DNA of 64,000 bases. Origin: Octopus sinensis. Lineage: Eukaryota. Both the position numbers and the translations under genes were made by a program. The stretch spans positions 25,296,001 through 25,360,000 of the forward strand of contig NC_043004.1 in NCBI RefSeq assembly GCF_006345805.1, given 5' to 3'. The notes under the pieces were generated by a model. It worked only from the letters and a program-made list of their open reading frames with translations. It was not told the origin of the DNA and did no database searches. This document shows, piece by piece, positions 1-10,242 of the stretch. Position 1 is the stretch's first letter. Every line of letters starts with the position of its first letter.

Positions 1-544
1 GCAGGAAGGACTAGTTTAGCGAGTCGTGTTCTGTCTTGCCTTCGAAACACGCTAGAGTCGAACTAGTGACAGCTGATGAAGGGGACTTTTCCTTGTGTAG
101 TATGCCCTGTACTCTGTTTTTCTGTTGTAAAAAAATGGTTTTTCCGTTTTCGTTTCTCGTTGAGTTCTACGTCTAGTTGTGGTGTCCTGTACTCACGTAT
201 ATATATTTATATATGCATGTATATATACATGTAGATGTAGGTACGTACATATATGTTTGTATGTATGCATATATTTTATTTATTACACTATATATATATA
301 TATATATATGTACGTATATATCAACATGTGTGTCTTTGTGTCTGTGTTTGTCTCCTACCCCCACCGTTTGATCTGGTATTGGTTATCAAGTAGTGTTGGT
401 GTGCGTGTGTGTGCGTGTGTGTGTGTGTGCGTGTGTGTGTGTGTATGCGTAAATGTATGTATATATGCATGAATGTATGGATGTATAGGTGTACTTTTAG
501 GTTGTCAAAATAAATCAATGCTGAAGTACAGTTATCTTGCATAA

Positions 545-580
<36 letters not shown>

Positions 581-1112
581 ATGTGTGTGTGTGTGTGTGT
601 GTGCGCGTGTGTGCGCGTGTGTGCGCGCGCGCGCGGTGTGTGTGTGTGTGTGTGTGTTTTAAAAATTATCGTTGGATATTTTCTCTTCTCTCTAGTTTCA
701 GCTCAGAGCTGCGGCCATGCTGATGAACGTTTTAAATTTAGGAGTGTGAACTGGTTTGACAAGCTCTTTCAGATCTTTCTCTGTTGTGATGATAGAGAAA
801 TTAAACAATGACACAACTATACTTTCACATTATATATGTATTGTTAATACTAATACTAGTAATAGTTGTTTCATTTGGAACCTATTCCGGGATAACCCTT
901 TAGTTGAAACTGGTCAGTTCCAGACTCTCACACCTAACCTGCAATGTCATTCTAAAAATAAACAATCACTTCTTCGAAATTTTGAAGCTATAAGATTAAA
1001 ATGTAAATAAGTAGGATTAAAATGTAAATAAATAAGCATTGCATTTGACAAAATAATCCGAATGCTTAAGGGTTAATGACGTAATAATTGTCAAATTAAC
1101 TTCAAGGAACAG

Positions 1113-1143
<31 letters not shown>

Positions 1144-1492
1144 ATATATTATAGGTAAACTTAAATTATCCTTGATGGCTTAGTGCAGCAATAAAGAAAG
1201 TCCTACAGTCTTCTGAAACAGCAAATCATTACACTGGAATACATTTCTGTTGATTTCATTTTATATAAACCCAGTCTTTTCAATTCACTGCGAAATTAAG
1301 AAACGCCTAGTCATATTTCTTTTTTGACACTCGTTATTACTTGCTTAATATAATCAAAACTGTGTTTTAAAGAAGAATCTGAAAAAAGAGTCGAAAACAA
1401 AAATATTACAGAGCAAGTTGCATAATCCGCCGTTGTTCTTGGATTTTATAAGGATAGGATGAATATTTCCATCAACTTATCAATCCATTCAT

Positions 1493-1660
1493 AGGTGTTG
1501 ACATGGTTGTATGGTAAGACGTTTGCTTGCCAACTACATAGTTCCGGATTTAACACGCCGCGTGGTGCCTTGTGCAGAGGTTCTCTACAATAATTCCTGG
1601 CCAACCAAAACCTCGTGAGCAGATTTGGTAAACGGAAGCTGAAAGAAACACGTCGTACGT
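1493..1660 (+). mobile_element. SINE family A, degenerate 5' half
   Basis: Diverged match to the head seen in about 20 copies in the window (ggtaag...ttgct..ccaac.acat.gttccgg...gatttggtaaacggaagctgaaagaa). Confidence 0.6.
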
Positions 1661-1789
1661 TTGTCATTATTCAATTTTATTTCAAGATTTCTCGCCAAGA
1701 AAGAGCCGGTTTCTAACCTAGATCTAAAGCTTCTTCATTGGAATTTCCACATCAGCAACAGGGTATTTTTGTATGTTTGTATGTATATG

Positions 1790-2040
1790 TGCAGGTTCGT
1801 ATGTTTTGTTTTATGTATGTATTCTCTTGCATATAGTTGCATATCTAGACGTGTTCATATATACTTAAATGACAGATTTTTACAGTTCCAGTAATGGCTT
1901 GGATCTGTAGTCTTTGAATCAGCTTTCTCCTTTCTGGTCTTAGGAAGACTAATTTCTCAAGATTGGCATTTTGACAGGGTGTTATATATACCAATGCCCC
2001 CAAAATTACAGGTATAAACCTGAACTTGTAATCTAGTTCC
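1790..2040 (-). mobile_element. R4/Dong-like (RLE) non-LTR retrotransposon, 3' fragment
   Basis: Minus translation YKFRFIPVILGALVYIT..NLEKL..PERRKLIQRLQIQAITGTVKIC matches the C-terminus of copies at 12101-12680 and 21079-22395. Same short 3' UTR. Confidence 0.75.
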
Positions 2041-2097
2041 ATGTATGTATGCATGCATGTATGTTTACAAGCACGCACCGACACACACATACACACA

Positions 2098-2258
2098 GGT
2101 GCAGGCATGGCTGTGTGGTAAGAAGCTTACTTTCCTCCCACATGGTCCAGGGTTCAGTTTCACTGCGTGACACCTTGACCAGGTGTCTTCTGCTACAGCC
2201 TCGGGCCGACCAAACCCTTCTGAGTGGTTTTGTTAGACGCAAACTGAAAGAGACCCGT
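2098..2258 (+). mobile_element. SINE family A head (tail lost at the palindrome)
   Basis: aggtgcaggcatggctgtgtggtaagaagc...ggttcagtttcactgcgtgacacc...gacgcaaactgaaagagacccg followed by (TA)n. Confidence 0.8.
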
Positions 2259-2281
2259 TATATATATATATATATATATAT

Positions 2282-2468
2282 ATCGTAAGCTCGACGCTCT
2301 AACTACTGAGCCATGCGCCTTCATTATAATGGTTATAATAAATTATAACCATTATAATGGTTATAATAAATTATAATGACGCATAAATTATAATGGTTAT
2401 TGAAAAGTATTGTCTTTTTTTCGGCATATTTGGCATTAGAATTTTTCTTTTGCCCTTATCTTGTAAAT

Positions 2469-2504
<36 letters not shown>

Positions 2505-2730
2505 ATATATATATAATATATATATATAATATATATATATATAATTTACAAGATAAGGGCAAAAGAAAAATTCTAATGCCAAATATGCCGAAAAAAAGAC
2601 AATACTTTTCAATAACCATTATAATTTATGCGTCATTATAATTTATTATAACCATTATAATGGTTATAATTTATTATAACCATTATAATGAAGGCGCATG
2701 GCTCAGTAGTTAGAGCGTCGAGCTTACGAT
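2282..2730. repeat. Perfect long inverted repeat (palindrome) centred on (TA)n
   Basis: Arms of about 190 bp are exact reverse complements by eye. The ORF track gives near-identical peptides on both strands (2371-2619 minus, 2393-2641 plus). Confidence 0.95.
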
Positions 2731-3030
2731 CGTGAGGTTGTGAGCTCGAATCCCGGTCCGGGCTGCGTGTTGTGTTCTTGAGCAAAGCACTTTATTTTCA
2801 CGTTGCTCCAGTTCACTCAGCTGTAGAAATGAGTTGCGACGTCACAGGTGCCAAGCTGTATCGACCTTTGTCTTTCCCTTGGATAACACTGGTGGCGTGG
2901 AGAGGGGAGGCCGGTATGCATGGGCGACTGCTGGTCTTCCATAAGCAACCTTGCCCGGACTTGTGTCTAGGAGGGTAACTTTCTAGGTGCAATCCCATGG
3001 TCATTCATGACCGAAGGGGGTCTTTACCCT
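2691..3030 (+). mobile_element. tRNA-derived SINE family C
   Basis: A box (tggctcagtagttagagc), B box (agctcgaatccc), then ttgagcaaagcact central motif. Second copy on minus strand near 35560-35775. Confidence 0.8.
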
Positions 3031-3180
3031 TTATAATGGTTATTGAAAAGTTTTGTCTTTTTTTCGGCATATTTGGCATTAGAATTTTTCTTTTGCCCTT
3101 ATCTTGTAAATTATTTATAAATTTAACCTTTAAAGGTATTTTTTGATATGCTGGCCATTGATAAAAAATTTTTCCCGAAA

Positions 3181-4260
3181 AGTTGATCATTAGTATTGAA
3201 TGATCATAGTTTAATTTTGGTTAAGATAACATTTACAGCTCTTTCTGTTTGTTATTTTTTAGGTAAACTTACGTTTATCTCGTTCCATATAACAAACACC
3301 ATCAGAATGATTTGAACTTTACCAGGGGAATATTGATAGGAGATCGAAGGTTGACAGAAGAAAAAAGGAAAAAAGGAAAGGAAATGGTTCGTTAGGTCTT
3401 TAGGCTTACATTTTTGCGTCCTTAAAAGATGGCACGTGTGTGTACAGTTGCTTCGAGTAGATGAGTGAAGCAGTGAGTGGGGAAAATGGCCGGTTGACCG
3501 GCGGTGTTAGTCGAAAGAGTTATACCTGGTAGTAATACATTAATCATAACAATAGTAACAAATAACGCTATTTGAGTCTGTTAGATAAGTCCCTATGATT
3601 ACAAATAATGCCCTAGTTAAAAATTAACGACCCTCTTAAAAGTATAAGTGCGATATACGCTATAAATCTAGATTACGTAAATAGGTATAATAAATAAGTA
3701 AAGTGTTGTTATGTGTGACCAGGATTTACTACTCGTTAATATAATTAAAACAAATCAACTCGGGTAGAATAGGGTAAATCGCTCGTTTAGTTGTATATAT
3801 GTTAATGGCAGCACTAGCTATTAGTATGTTAGTCAGTGATCTTAAAGATAGTAACATTAATTATAGATTAGAATGGTGCATCCTAACCAAAATATCCTCA
3901 TACAAACTTAAATATAAACGCTGCAATTTATGCATAAATGAGAAATTCTTCATTTTAATGACCAAATCAAAATTACTTAATAAGCGAGACGAGAAACACA
4001 TAAAGATAAATTTTTATTCTCTAAATACCGCTAATACTTATTTTACATTACTGTTTATTAGCTGACTTGTCTAACCTCTGATTACCTCCCGTTGACTCCC
4101 CCCCCCTTACCACATAACATGACATAATATCATAGACCACAATTATATTCAATTTACTTCGACTAACTACCCGGAGCTACAATTCTCTTCAATATATTCA
4201 GATTAAGTTAGATCACTGACTAACATACTAATAGCTAGTGATGCCATTAACATATATACG
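3181..4260 (+). mobile_element. Penelope-like element, internally deleted (5' region plus GIY-YIG C-terminal remnant)
   Basis: 3181-3420 matches the sequence upstream of the Penelope-type RT at 26896-27160. 3860-4020 encodes WCIL..ISSY....KRCNLCINEKFFI....LLNKRDE, typical of the C-terminus of PLE GIY-YIG ORFs. Confidence 0.6.
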
Positions 4261-4262
4261 AA

Positions 4263-4790
4263 TTTTCCTTTTTTCTCCTGTCAACCTTCGATCTCCTGTC
4301 AATATTCCTCTGGTAAAGTTCAAATCATTCTGATGATGTTTGTTCCACGGAACGAGATAAACGTAAGTTTACCTAAAAAATAACAAACAGAAACAGCTGT
4401 AAATGCTATCTTAACCATAAATAAACTATGATCATTCAATACTAATGACCAACTTCTGATTGTTACATATTGCTCCATTTCTTGTCTTACCTTATTTGAA
4501 TATATTAAACCACGGTTTACCCTTAAACTACCAACTACTGTTAACCTTACAGCAAGGCTTATACATAGTTTGGTAATGTACCAATAGTGCCTACGGATAC
4601 ATTTATCCCTTAGACAGTTGTATTTTTGAAATTTACAGAAAAACAAAAGACGAAGACAGGTGTATAAACAACAAGCAGGTGTATTAGTTTGACACTCGAG
4701 GAAGGTGAGAAAGTCTTTTACGTTTTGAGCCTACGCTCTTCAACAGAAAGAAACACGAGGAAATAAACAGAGAGAGAGAATTAAAAAAAA
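4263..4790 (-). mobile_element. Penelope-like 5' region in inverted orientation, adjacent to a hammerhead-like module
   Basis: 4263-4495 is the reverse complement of 3181-3360 and 26860-27080. 4647-4790 matches 43600-43735. Confidence 0.6.
4714..4751 (-). ncRNA. Minimal type I hammerhead-like motif, variant/degenerate core
   Basis: Minus strand TCTTT CTGTTGA A GAGC-GTAG-GCTC AAAA CG TA AAAGA: 5-bp stem I, 4-bp stem II, palindromic ACGT stem III. Core changes A6U and G12A. Confidence 0.45.
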
Positions 4791-4799
4791 ACTTGTGGA

Positions 4800-5075
4800 T
4801 TTAGTAGTCAATCATGTATGTATGTATGTATCTGTGTCTGTGTCTGTGGGGTGTGCCTGTGTATTTGTGTTTGTACCTCCATCACCGTTTGAAAACCGAT
4901 GTTGGTGTGTTTACGGCCCCCGTAACTTAGTGGTTCGGCAAAAGAGACCGACAGAATATGTACTCAGCTTAAAAATAAGGCCGAGGCTCGATTTATTCGA
5001 CTAAACAAACCCTTCAAGGCGGTGCTCCAGTCAAATGTCTGACACAAGGAAAAAAACAAAAAATAAAAGAATATA
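4800..5075 (+). mobile_element. SINE family A 3' half
   Basis: ccatcaccgtttgaaaaccgatgttggtgtgtttacggccccgtaacttagtggttcggcaaaagagaccga...aaggcggtgctccag. Confidence 0.7.
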
Positions 5076-5473
5076 TATTAAGGAATGGTAAGATCCAAGG
5101 ATCGATATGTAAGAAGAATGTAAGCTTCAAGCAGTCCGTAGAAGGAAAAAAAACCAACTTTCAGGAACAATTATTGATGCAGAAGATTGTAAGTTTTTCA
5201 TGTATCGAAGTTCGGTAAGATGAAAAAATTGCTCTATAGCTTACAGTTAGCAGCAGGGGTTGCCGTGTATACAAACTGAAATCCAAAGTTAGGGAATGGA
5301 GTAGATAAAATCAAGGCTGCATATCGTTCATAAGTTAGCAGAACCTCGGAAGTAACAATTGTCCAAACGAAGGGTATTCCCTAGCTACCTTGGTATTTTT
5401 GGCCCGACAAATAGTTAACGGATTAAGCCCTCATTTGGATAATTACTACTTCCGAGGTGTCCTGCTAGCTATG

Positions 5474-5529
<56 letters not shown>

Positions 5530-5619
5530 TATATATATATATATATATATAAATACATACATATTTATATATATGTATGTATTTATATATACATACATAT
5601 AAATATATATGTATATATG

Positions 5620-5651
<32 letters not shown>

Positions 5652-5786
5652 TATATACATATATATATACATATATACATATATGTATATATATATATAT
5701 GTATTATTTATATATATATGTATATATATATATGTATTAATATATATTTATGTATATATATATATGTATATATATATGTATTTATC

Positions 5787-5819
<33 letters not shown>

Positions 5820-5835
5820 GTATATATATATATAT

Positions 5836-5866
<31 letters not shown>

Positions 5867-5930
5867 TTATATATATATGTATTTATATATATATATACAT
5901 ATATATATGTGTGTGTGTGTGTGCGCGCGC
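5474..5930. repeat. Compound (CA)n/(TA)n/(TG)n microsatellite
   Basis: Direct inspection. Confidence 0.95.
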
Positions 5931-7005
5931 GTTTTTGAGTTTGCGTCTGTCTCTGCCACTGCTTAACAACCGGCTTTGTCCCCGTAATTTAGCGGATCGT
6001 AAAAACCCCAATAGAATAATTACTTTGAAAAAAATGTACTGGGGTAGATTTGTTTTGGACTAAAACCCTTCAAGCCGGTACTCTAGAATGGCCACAGATC
6101 AATGACTGAAACAAGTAAAAAAATAAAAGATTTTCATCTATCCATCTGTCTTCTATTTGTCTACTATTTCTGGGCGGATCTTAGGAGTAAAATCCTCAGG
6201 CATCTTCTCCATAGGGTCTTTTCAGATGCAACCGTCATTACACTTTCTGACAGGATTCACAAGTGTGACCAAAAGAGACTATGGATATTATTCAACCATT
6301 TCTACTAGGTCTACCTCTACGTTTCCAACTGGCTGGCTCACGTTGAAAGAATCCGTCTCGCGATTCTTTCCTGCGACATTCTAAACACACGTCCGTAGTA
6401 CTAGATCACAGTTAATTCAATGTGAATCTTCCAACATAAAAATATAACAAGGTCTCCACGTTAGCTTACAGTATATAAGGGTAGCATTATATATTATTTC
6501 TAATGTAGGCACATGACCAGTAACTTTGTCAGGGAGAAGTTTACCGATTACTTTCACTCCAGTACTTGATTAGTACCATATTTTATCGACTCTCGAGGTG
6601 ATGAAAGGAAAAGTTAACATCGGTAGGATTTGAACTCAACGCGTAGAAAAAGCTGAAAGAAATGCTGTGCGATATTTTATCCGACTCGCTAATTATTTTG
6701 CCAATCCATTGCCCTTGTTTTAAGATAGGCAAAAGACTTGAAATATTGAAGAGAGGATTAGCTAATTGTACTGACGCTGGAATTTAGCTGTGAGGTCAAC
6801 CTTCCCTTTCAATCCAGAAAGATGAAAGGCAAAGTTGTCTACTGCGGGATTTAAATTCAGAACGTAAAGAACCAGAACAAATATCACTAGGAATTTTATC
6901 CTGCGCTCGAATGATTCTGACAAAGCAATGTCCTTAAGGGGCAACATAATATATAAAGACAAAAAATTTAGTTGAAAAAATTGGCAAATTTCAGAAGCGA
7001 TACTA

Positions 7006-7778
7006 CGAGGTGCATTTTATTCTTCCAGACTGAAGGAGAACACACCCTGCTAAACATTGCTTGTCATAGCCGACTGGTTTTCAGAATGCAGTCGGGGCAT
7101 TGGAAAGCTCTCTATGCAATAGAGAGCTTGTGTTAAACTGGGTAAAAATGCCATTGAAACCTATAAATTACTTCAGATTGCTTATGGATTAATATTTTCG
7201 CTGGCACAAGAGGTTCAGGGACAGTAGAGAAGTGAGAGACGATGAGAGCAGTGGATAGGAGAGGGGCGTTAGAACGTCAGAACTGGCCAAGAAAATTCGT
7301 AGTACTCTGGATGAAGACCATCGTGTGCTTATAAAAACAATGAGCATTTAGTTTGGAGTTTGTGTGAAAACTGTACACAGAATTATTCATAAAGATCTGA
7401 ATATTCGCAAAATTTGTTCTCAGAGTGCTCAGTGATGCGCATTCTGGTAATCAACTACTTATCACAGAAGGGCTTCAGTACAGTCCCTCCCCCTCCTGAC
7501 AGTCCGGACATTGATCTCTGAGACTTTTTGGTCGATTCTGAAGCTGAAGAACCTCAGGGGCAGTCTTTTAGAAGACATTAAGAAAATGGGAGTTGTGACA
7601 AGGGTCCTGGACTCCTTCACTTTGGAAGACTTCCATGGGGTCTTCACGAAATGGCTGGATTGCTACAAGTGCATTGAAGTCAGAGGATCCTTCTTTAAAG
7701 GAGATTAGTGCTTTGTATTTCTTTGAAACTAATAATTGTCTCTTATGAAAAAGTCTGAATCATCTAGAATGCACCTTG
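7006..7778 (+). mobile_element. Decayed, internally deleted mariner-like DNA transposon
   Basis: Imperfect TIRs cgaggtgcattttattcttccagact / agtctgaatcatctagaatgcaccttg, flanked by TA on both sides. Mariner-like residual coding (F.KWLD.YKCIEV.G..F). Related copy near 59200-59930. Confidence 0.7.
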
Positions 7779-7844
7779 TATATTGTCTCCTTTAAAAGCC
7801 AAACACTATATGGAATTAGAGCTGATGTTAAAAGATTATTATTA

Positions 7845-7887
<43 letters not shown>

Positions 7888-7909
7888 GTTGTTATTATTA
7901 TTATTATTT

Positions 7910-8322
7910 GCGCCTCCCCCTCTTTGCCCCGTATTTAGGCCAAGCCCTCATCAACTTTTACGAGTTTCACTTGAAAATGAAGTTGAGGGTGAAGAGGGAA
8001 GTGTTGCCTTGTATCAAATTTGTTGAAAAATGGGTGAATGTTGGAAGAGTGGCCAGTGTGAAAGGACCAATTCTGAGCGCACACCAGTAAAGAAAAGGAG
8101 AAGGGCTCTTGCTCTGTTGTTCAGGCACCCGTTGCTTTGGGGGATTTTTTCCACGAGGACCGTAAAGCGCCTCCCCTATTTGGGAATTTTAATTTGTTCA
8201 ATTTTTATTGTTATTACATTGTGTACACGCAGTAAAACCCATTGTATTGTCCTGTTTTTGTCCTTCATGTTGTTGTACGTGAATTAATGTTTTGTATGTG
8301 AGCCCTAGTGGCTAATACAAGA

Positions 8323-8323
<1 letters not shown>
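7910..8323 (+). mobile_element. Tx1/L1-clade LINE 3' fragment between (TTA)n arrays
   Basis: GQALINFYEFHLKMKLRVKREVL...FVEKWVNVGR resembles the C-terminus of the Tx1-like element at 18400-18540 (GPSLLTYFRYHLKSKIGLEKRCL...FEKRWKAV). Confidence 0.55.
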
Positions 8324-8385
<62 letters not shown>

Positions 8386-8404
8386 CATTATTATTATTAT
8401 TATA

Positions 8405-8585
8405 TCTTTTATCTTTTACTTGTTTCAGTCATTAGATCGCGGCCATGCTGGGGCACCCCCTTCAAGAATTTCTAATCGGATGTATCGATCCCTGCACTTT
8501 TTAAATTTTAATGTGTGGTACTTATACCATCGGTCTCATGACGAACCGCTAAGCTACGGGGGCATAAACACACCAGCATAGTTGC
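8405..8585 (-). mobile_element. SINE family A 3' half
   Basis: ttttacttgtttcagtcattagatcgcggccatgctgg...aaccgctaagctacgggggcataaacacaccagca. Confidence 0.7.
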
Positions 8586-8678
8586 TAAGTATGCCTTTCT
8601 TAGAAGCTTTGTTTTTCTTCTTATCTTATGTGAATAACTATTAAAATATTATCAATAGTTTAACATGTATTATGAATG

Positions 8679-9578
8679 TTATCTAAAACCAATGAGTGTT
8701 ATTACAAGAAGGGCAGAACTGACTAACATATTCCATTTTAGTATGTTAGAGATGTTTGCTATTGGACATTCTGTAGTCGATTCTGTATCTGTATTACACG
8801 AATCAAACATTTCTGATTGTATGACTTTCCCTTTATACCTCGGTGGTCCTGAACAAGTATTATTCGGCATAGCGGAATTTTCTTTTGTAGAAAACCATTT
8901 TAGAGAACAATCACAGGTTAGTTTGTTCTTTCTGAATGCTACAGGTAGAGTGTCCTGTTTATGAAACTGATGTATCGTATTTTCTATCATTTCAAAATCG
9001 TTGGTTCGAACTAACGCATTTTTGCCAATACAATTAAATGTATTAAATGCACAAATGACATAGCCAATATGGCTGACACTAAACGCATCGGTATCAAGTG
9101 TGTAAATATTTGAATTCTTCACTTCAAGTCTGTTACAACTGATGTTTCCGAAGGCAAAGCCGGATATAAATGAAATGTTAGAATCTCGAATGTAAAAATT
9201 TTGACAGTCTATATTACTAAATGCATGTCGATTGATTTTAAAAACGTGTTTCGCAGTAAATTTGATGGTCTTCACTGTTCCTGCGAAAGCCAGTGGTTTA
9301 ATCTCGTTGATGCAGTCGACATTTATTTCCAACTGTAGCAGAGATCCTTCTTTATGATAAACAATCGCTTTCCCTTGAATGTCTTGGAGTTTGCCTCGAA
9401 TTGAAAGTGATTGTATCTCTTTATTTGGTATATGTATTGGGAATGAAGGTGAGAAACATTCAATCTTAAACCCACTACATTTACACTCAACAGGACATCG
9501 TTTTTTAGAAGCATAGGTAATTTCGAAACAACAGACGAGCAGAATGAGCACTGACCAATATTTTCTTGATGATTCCAT
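8679..9578 (-). CDS. Secreted, probably GPI-anchored atypical leucine-rich-repeat protein (299 aa)
   Basis: Uninterrupted ORF. Start taken at MESSRKYW (9578): it is followed by a hydrophobic signal peptide, and a strong splice acceptor (gctaat..tttcatttgtattttccag, ends 9596) lies just upstream. Contains LRRNT CPVECKC....IEC, about six 22-23 aa I..I...AF repeats, LRRCT N.LTCDC.LKWF...N.C.GP..YKG, a Thr/Ser-rich stalk and a hydrophobic C-terminus with no cytoplasmic tail. Confidence 0.85.
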   Translation of the reverse strand: MESSRKYWSVLILLVCCFEITYASKKRCPVECKCSGFKIECFSPSFPIHIPNKEIQSLSIRGKLQDIQGKAIVYHKEGSLLQLEINVDCINEIKPLAFAGTVKTIKFTAKHVFKINRHAFSNIDCQNFYIRDSNISFISGFAFGNISCNRLEVKNSNIYTLDTDAFSVSHIGYVICAFNTFNCIGKNALVRTNDFEMIENTIHQFHKQDTLPVAFRKNKLTCDCSLKWFSTKENSAMPNNTCSGPPRYKGKVIQSEMFDSCNTDTESTTECPIANISNILKWNMLVSSALLVITLIGFR

Positions 9579-9766
9579 TTTGTAATAGCATTGATCTGGA
9601 AAATACAAATGAAACATTAGCAATACTTCGCCACATAAAAGAGGAGATTTATATCCTGAAAAAGAGCCAAATGAAAAATATTTTTCAAGGCAAATCTAGG
9701 AAGGATGTTATAATTGTATGACAGAAATATAAAGGATGCGAGGCAGACGTTCGATATTTATACTTT

Positions 9767-9767
<1 letters not shown>

Positions 9768-9850
<83 letters not shown>
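9768..9850. repeat. (CT)n microsatellite in the putative 5' UTR intron
   Basis: Direct inspection. Confidence 0.95.
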
Positions 9851-9851
<1 letters not shown>

Positions 9852-10132
9852 AAAAGTATAGTATTAAAAAAAGTCTTAAGTCTTTCGGCCTTGATCAAAT
9901 ACCACTCAACGACAGCGACTTCAAACCGCACCCTTAGTTTCTGTCTTAACAGCGTTAAGTGCATGACAAAGTACATGTCCAGCAGCTCGCTTATTTAAAA
10001 TATTCACTGACACTACAACAGATCTGGTGAGCATTATAAGTCAGACCCTTTCATGTTGAGAGTGGTAACTAACAGTAACTAAGCAGTTTTGGGAGCAGCC
10101 TTCATTCACAGCAAAACAATGATTTCACTTAC

Positions 10133-10242
10133 AGTTTTCTTGTCAGTAACTGTCATGAAACGTCTTGTAAGGAAATCTTTGAAAGCTGTGGTTTGTTGTA
10201 TACAAGACTTGAATACTAACCCATGAAAACTAAGGTGAATGA
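10133..10242 (-). other. Putative non-coding first exon of the surface LRR gene
   Basis: Minus-strand donor AAAACT|GTAAGT at 10132. Splicing to 9595 puts an in-frame TGA just upstream of the ATG. TCATTC initiator-like motif near 10242. The upper boundary is a guess. Confidence 0.35.

Noticed and set aside
1-90. GAAAC and CTGATGA motifs suggesting a permuted hammerhead
   Set aside because: Core elements are not in register and stems II and III do not pair properly in any topology I tried.
173-811. Many ORF-track entries rich in YI, CV, TH, SL, RE or MYVC repeats, here and throughout the window
   Set aside because: They are translations of (TA)n, (TG)n, (CT)n and (TATG)n microsatellites that lack stop codons in some frames.
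2691-2765. tRNA-like sequences (also 31136-31210 and 40085-40159)
   Set aside because: A and B boxes are present but the acceptor stem does not close, and they run into SINE bodies, so they are SINE heads.
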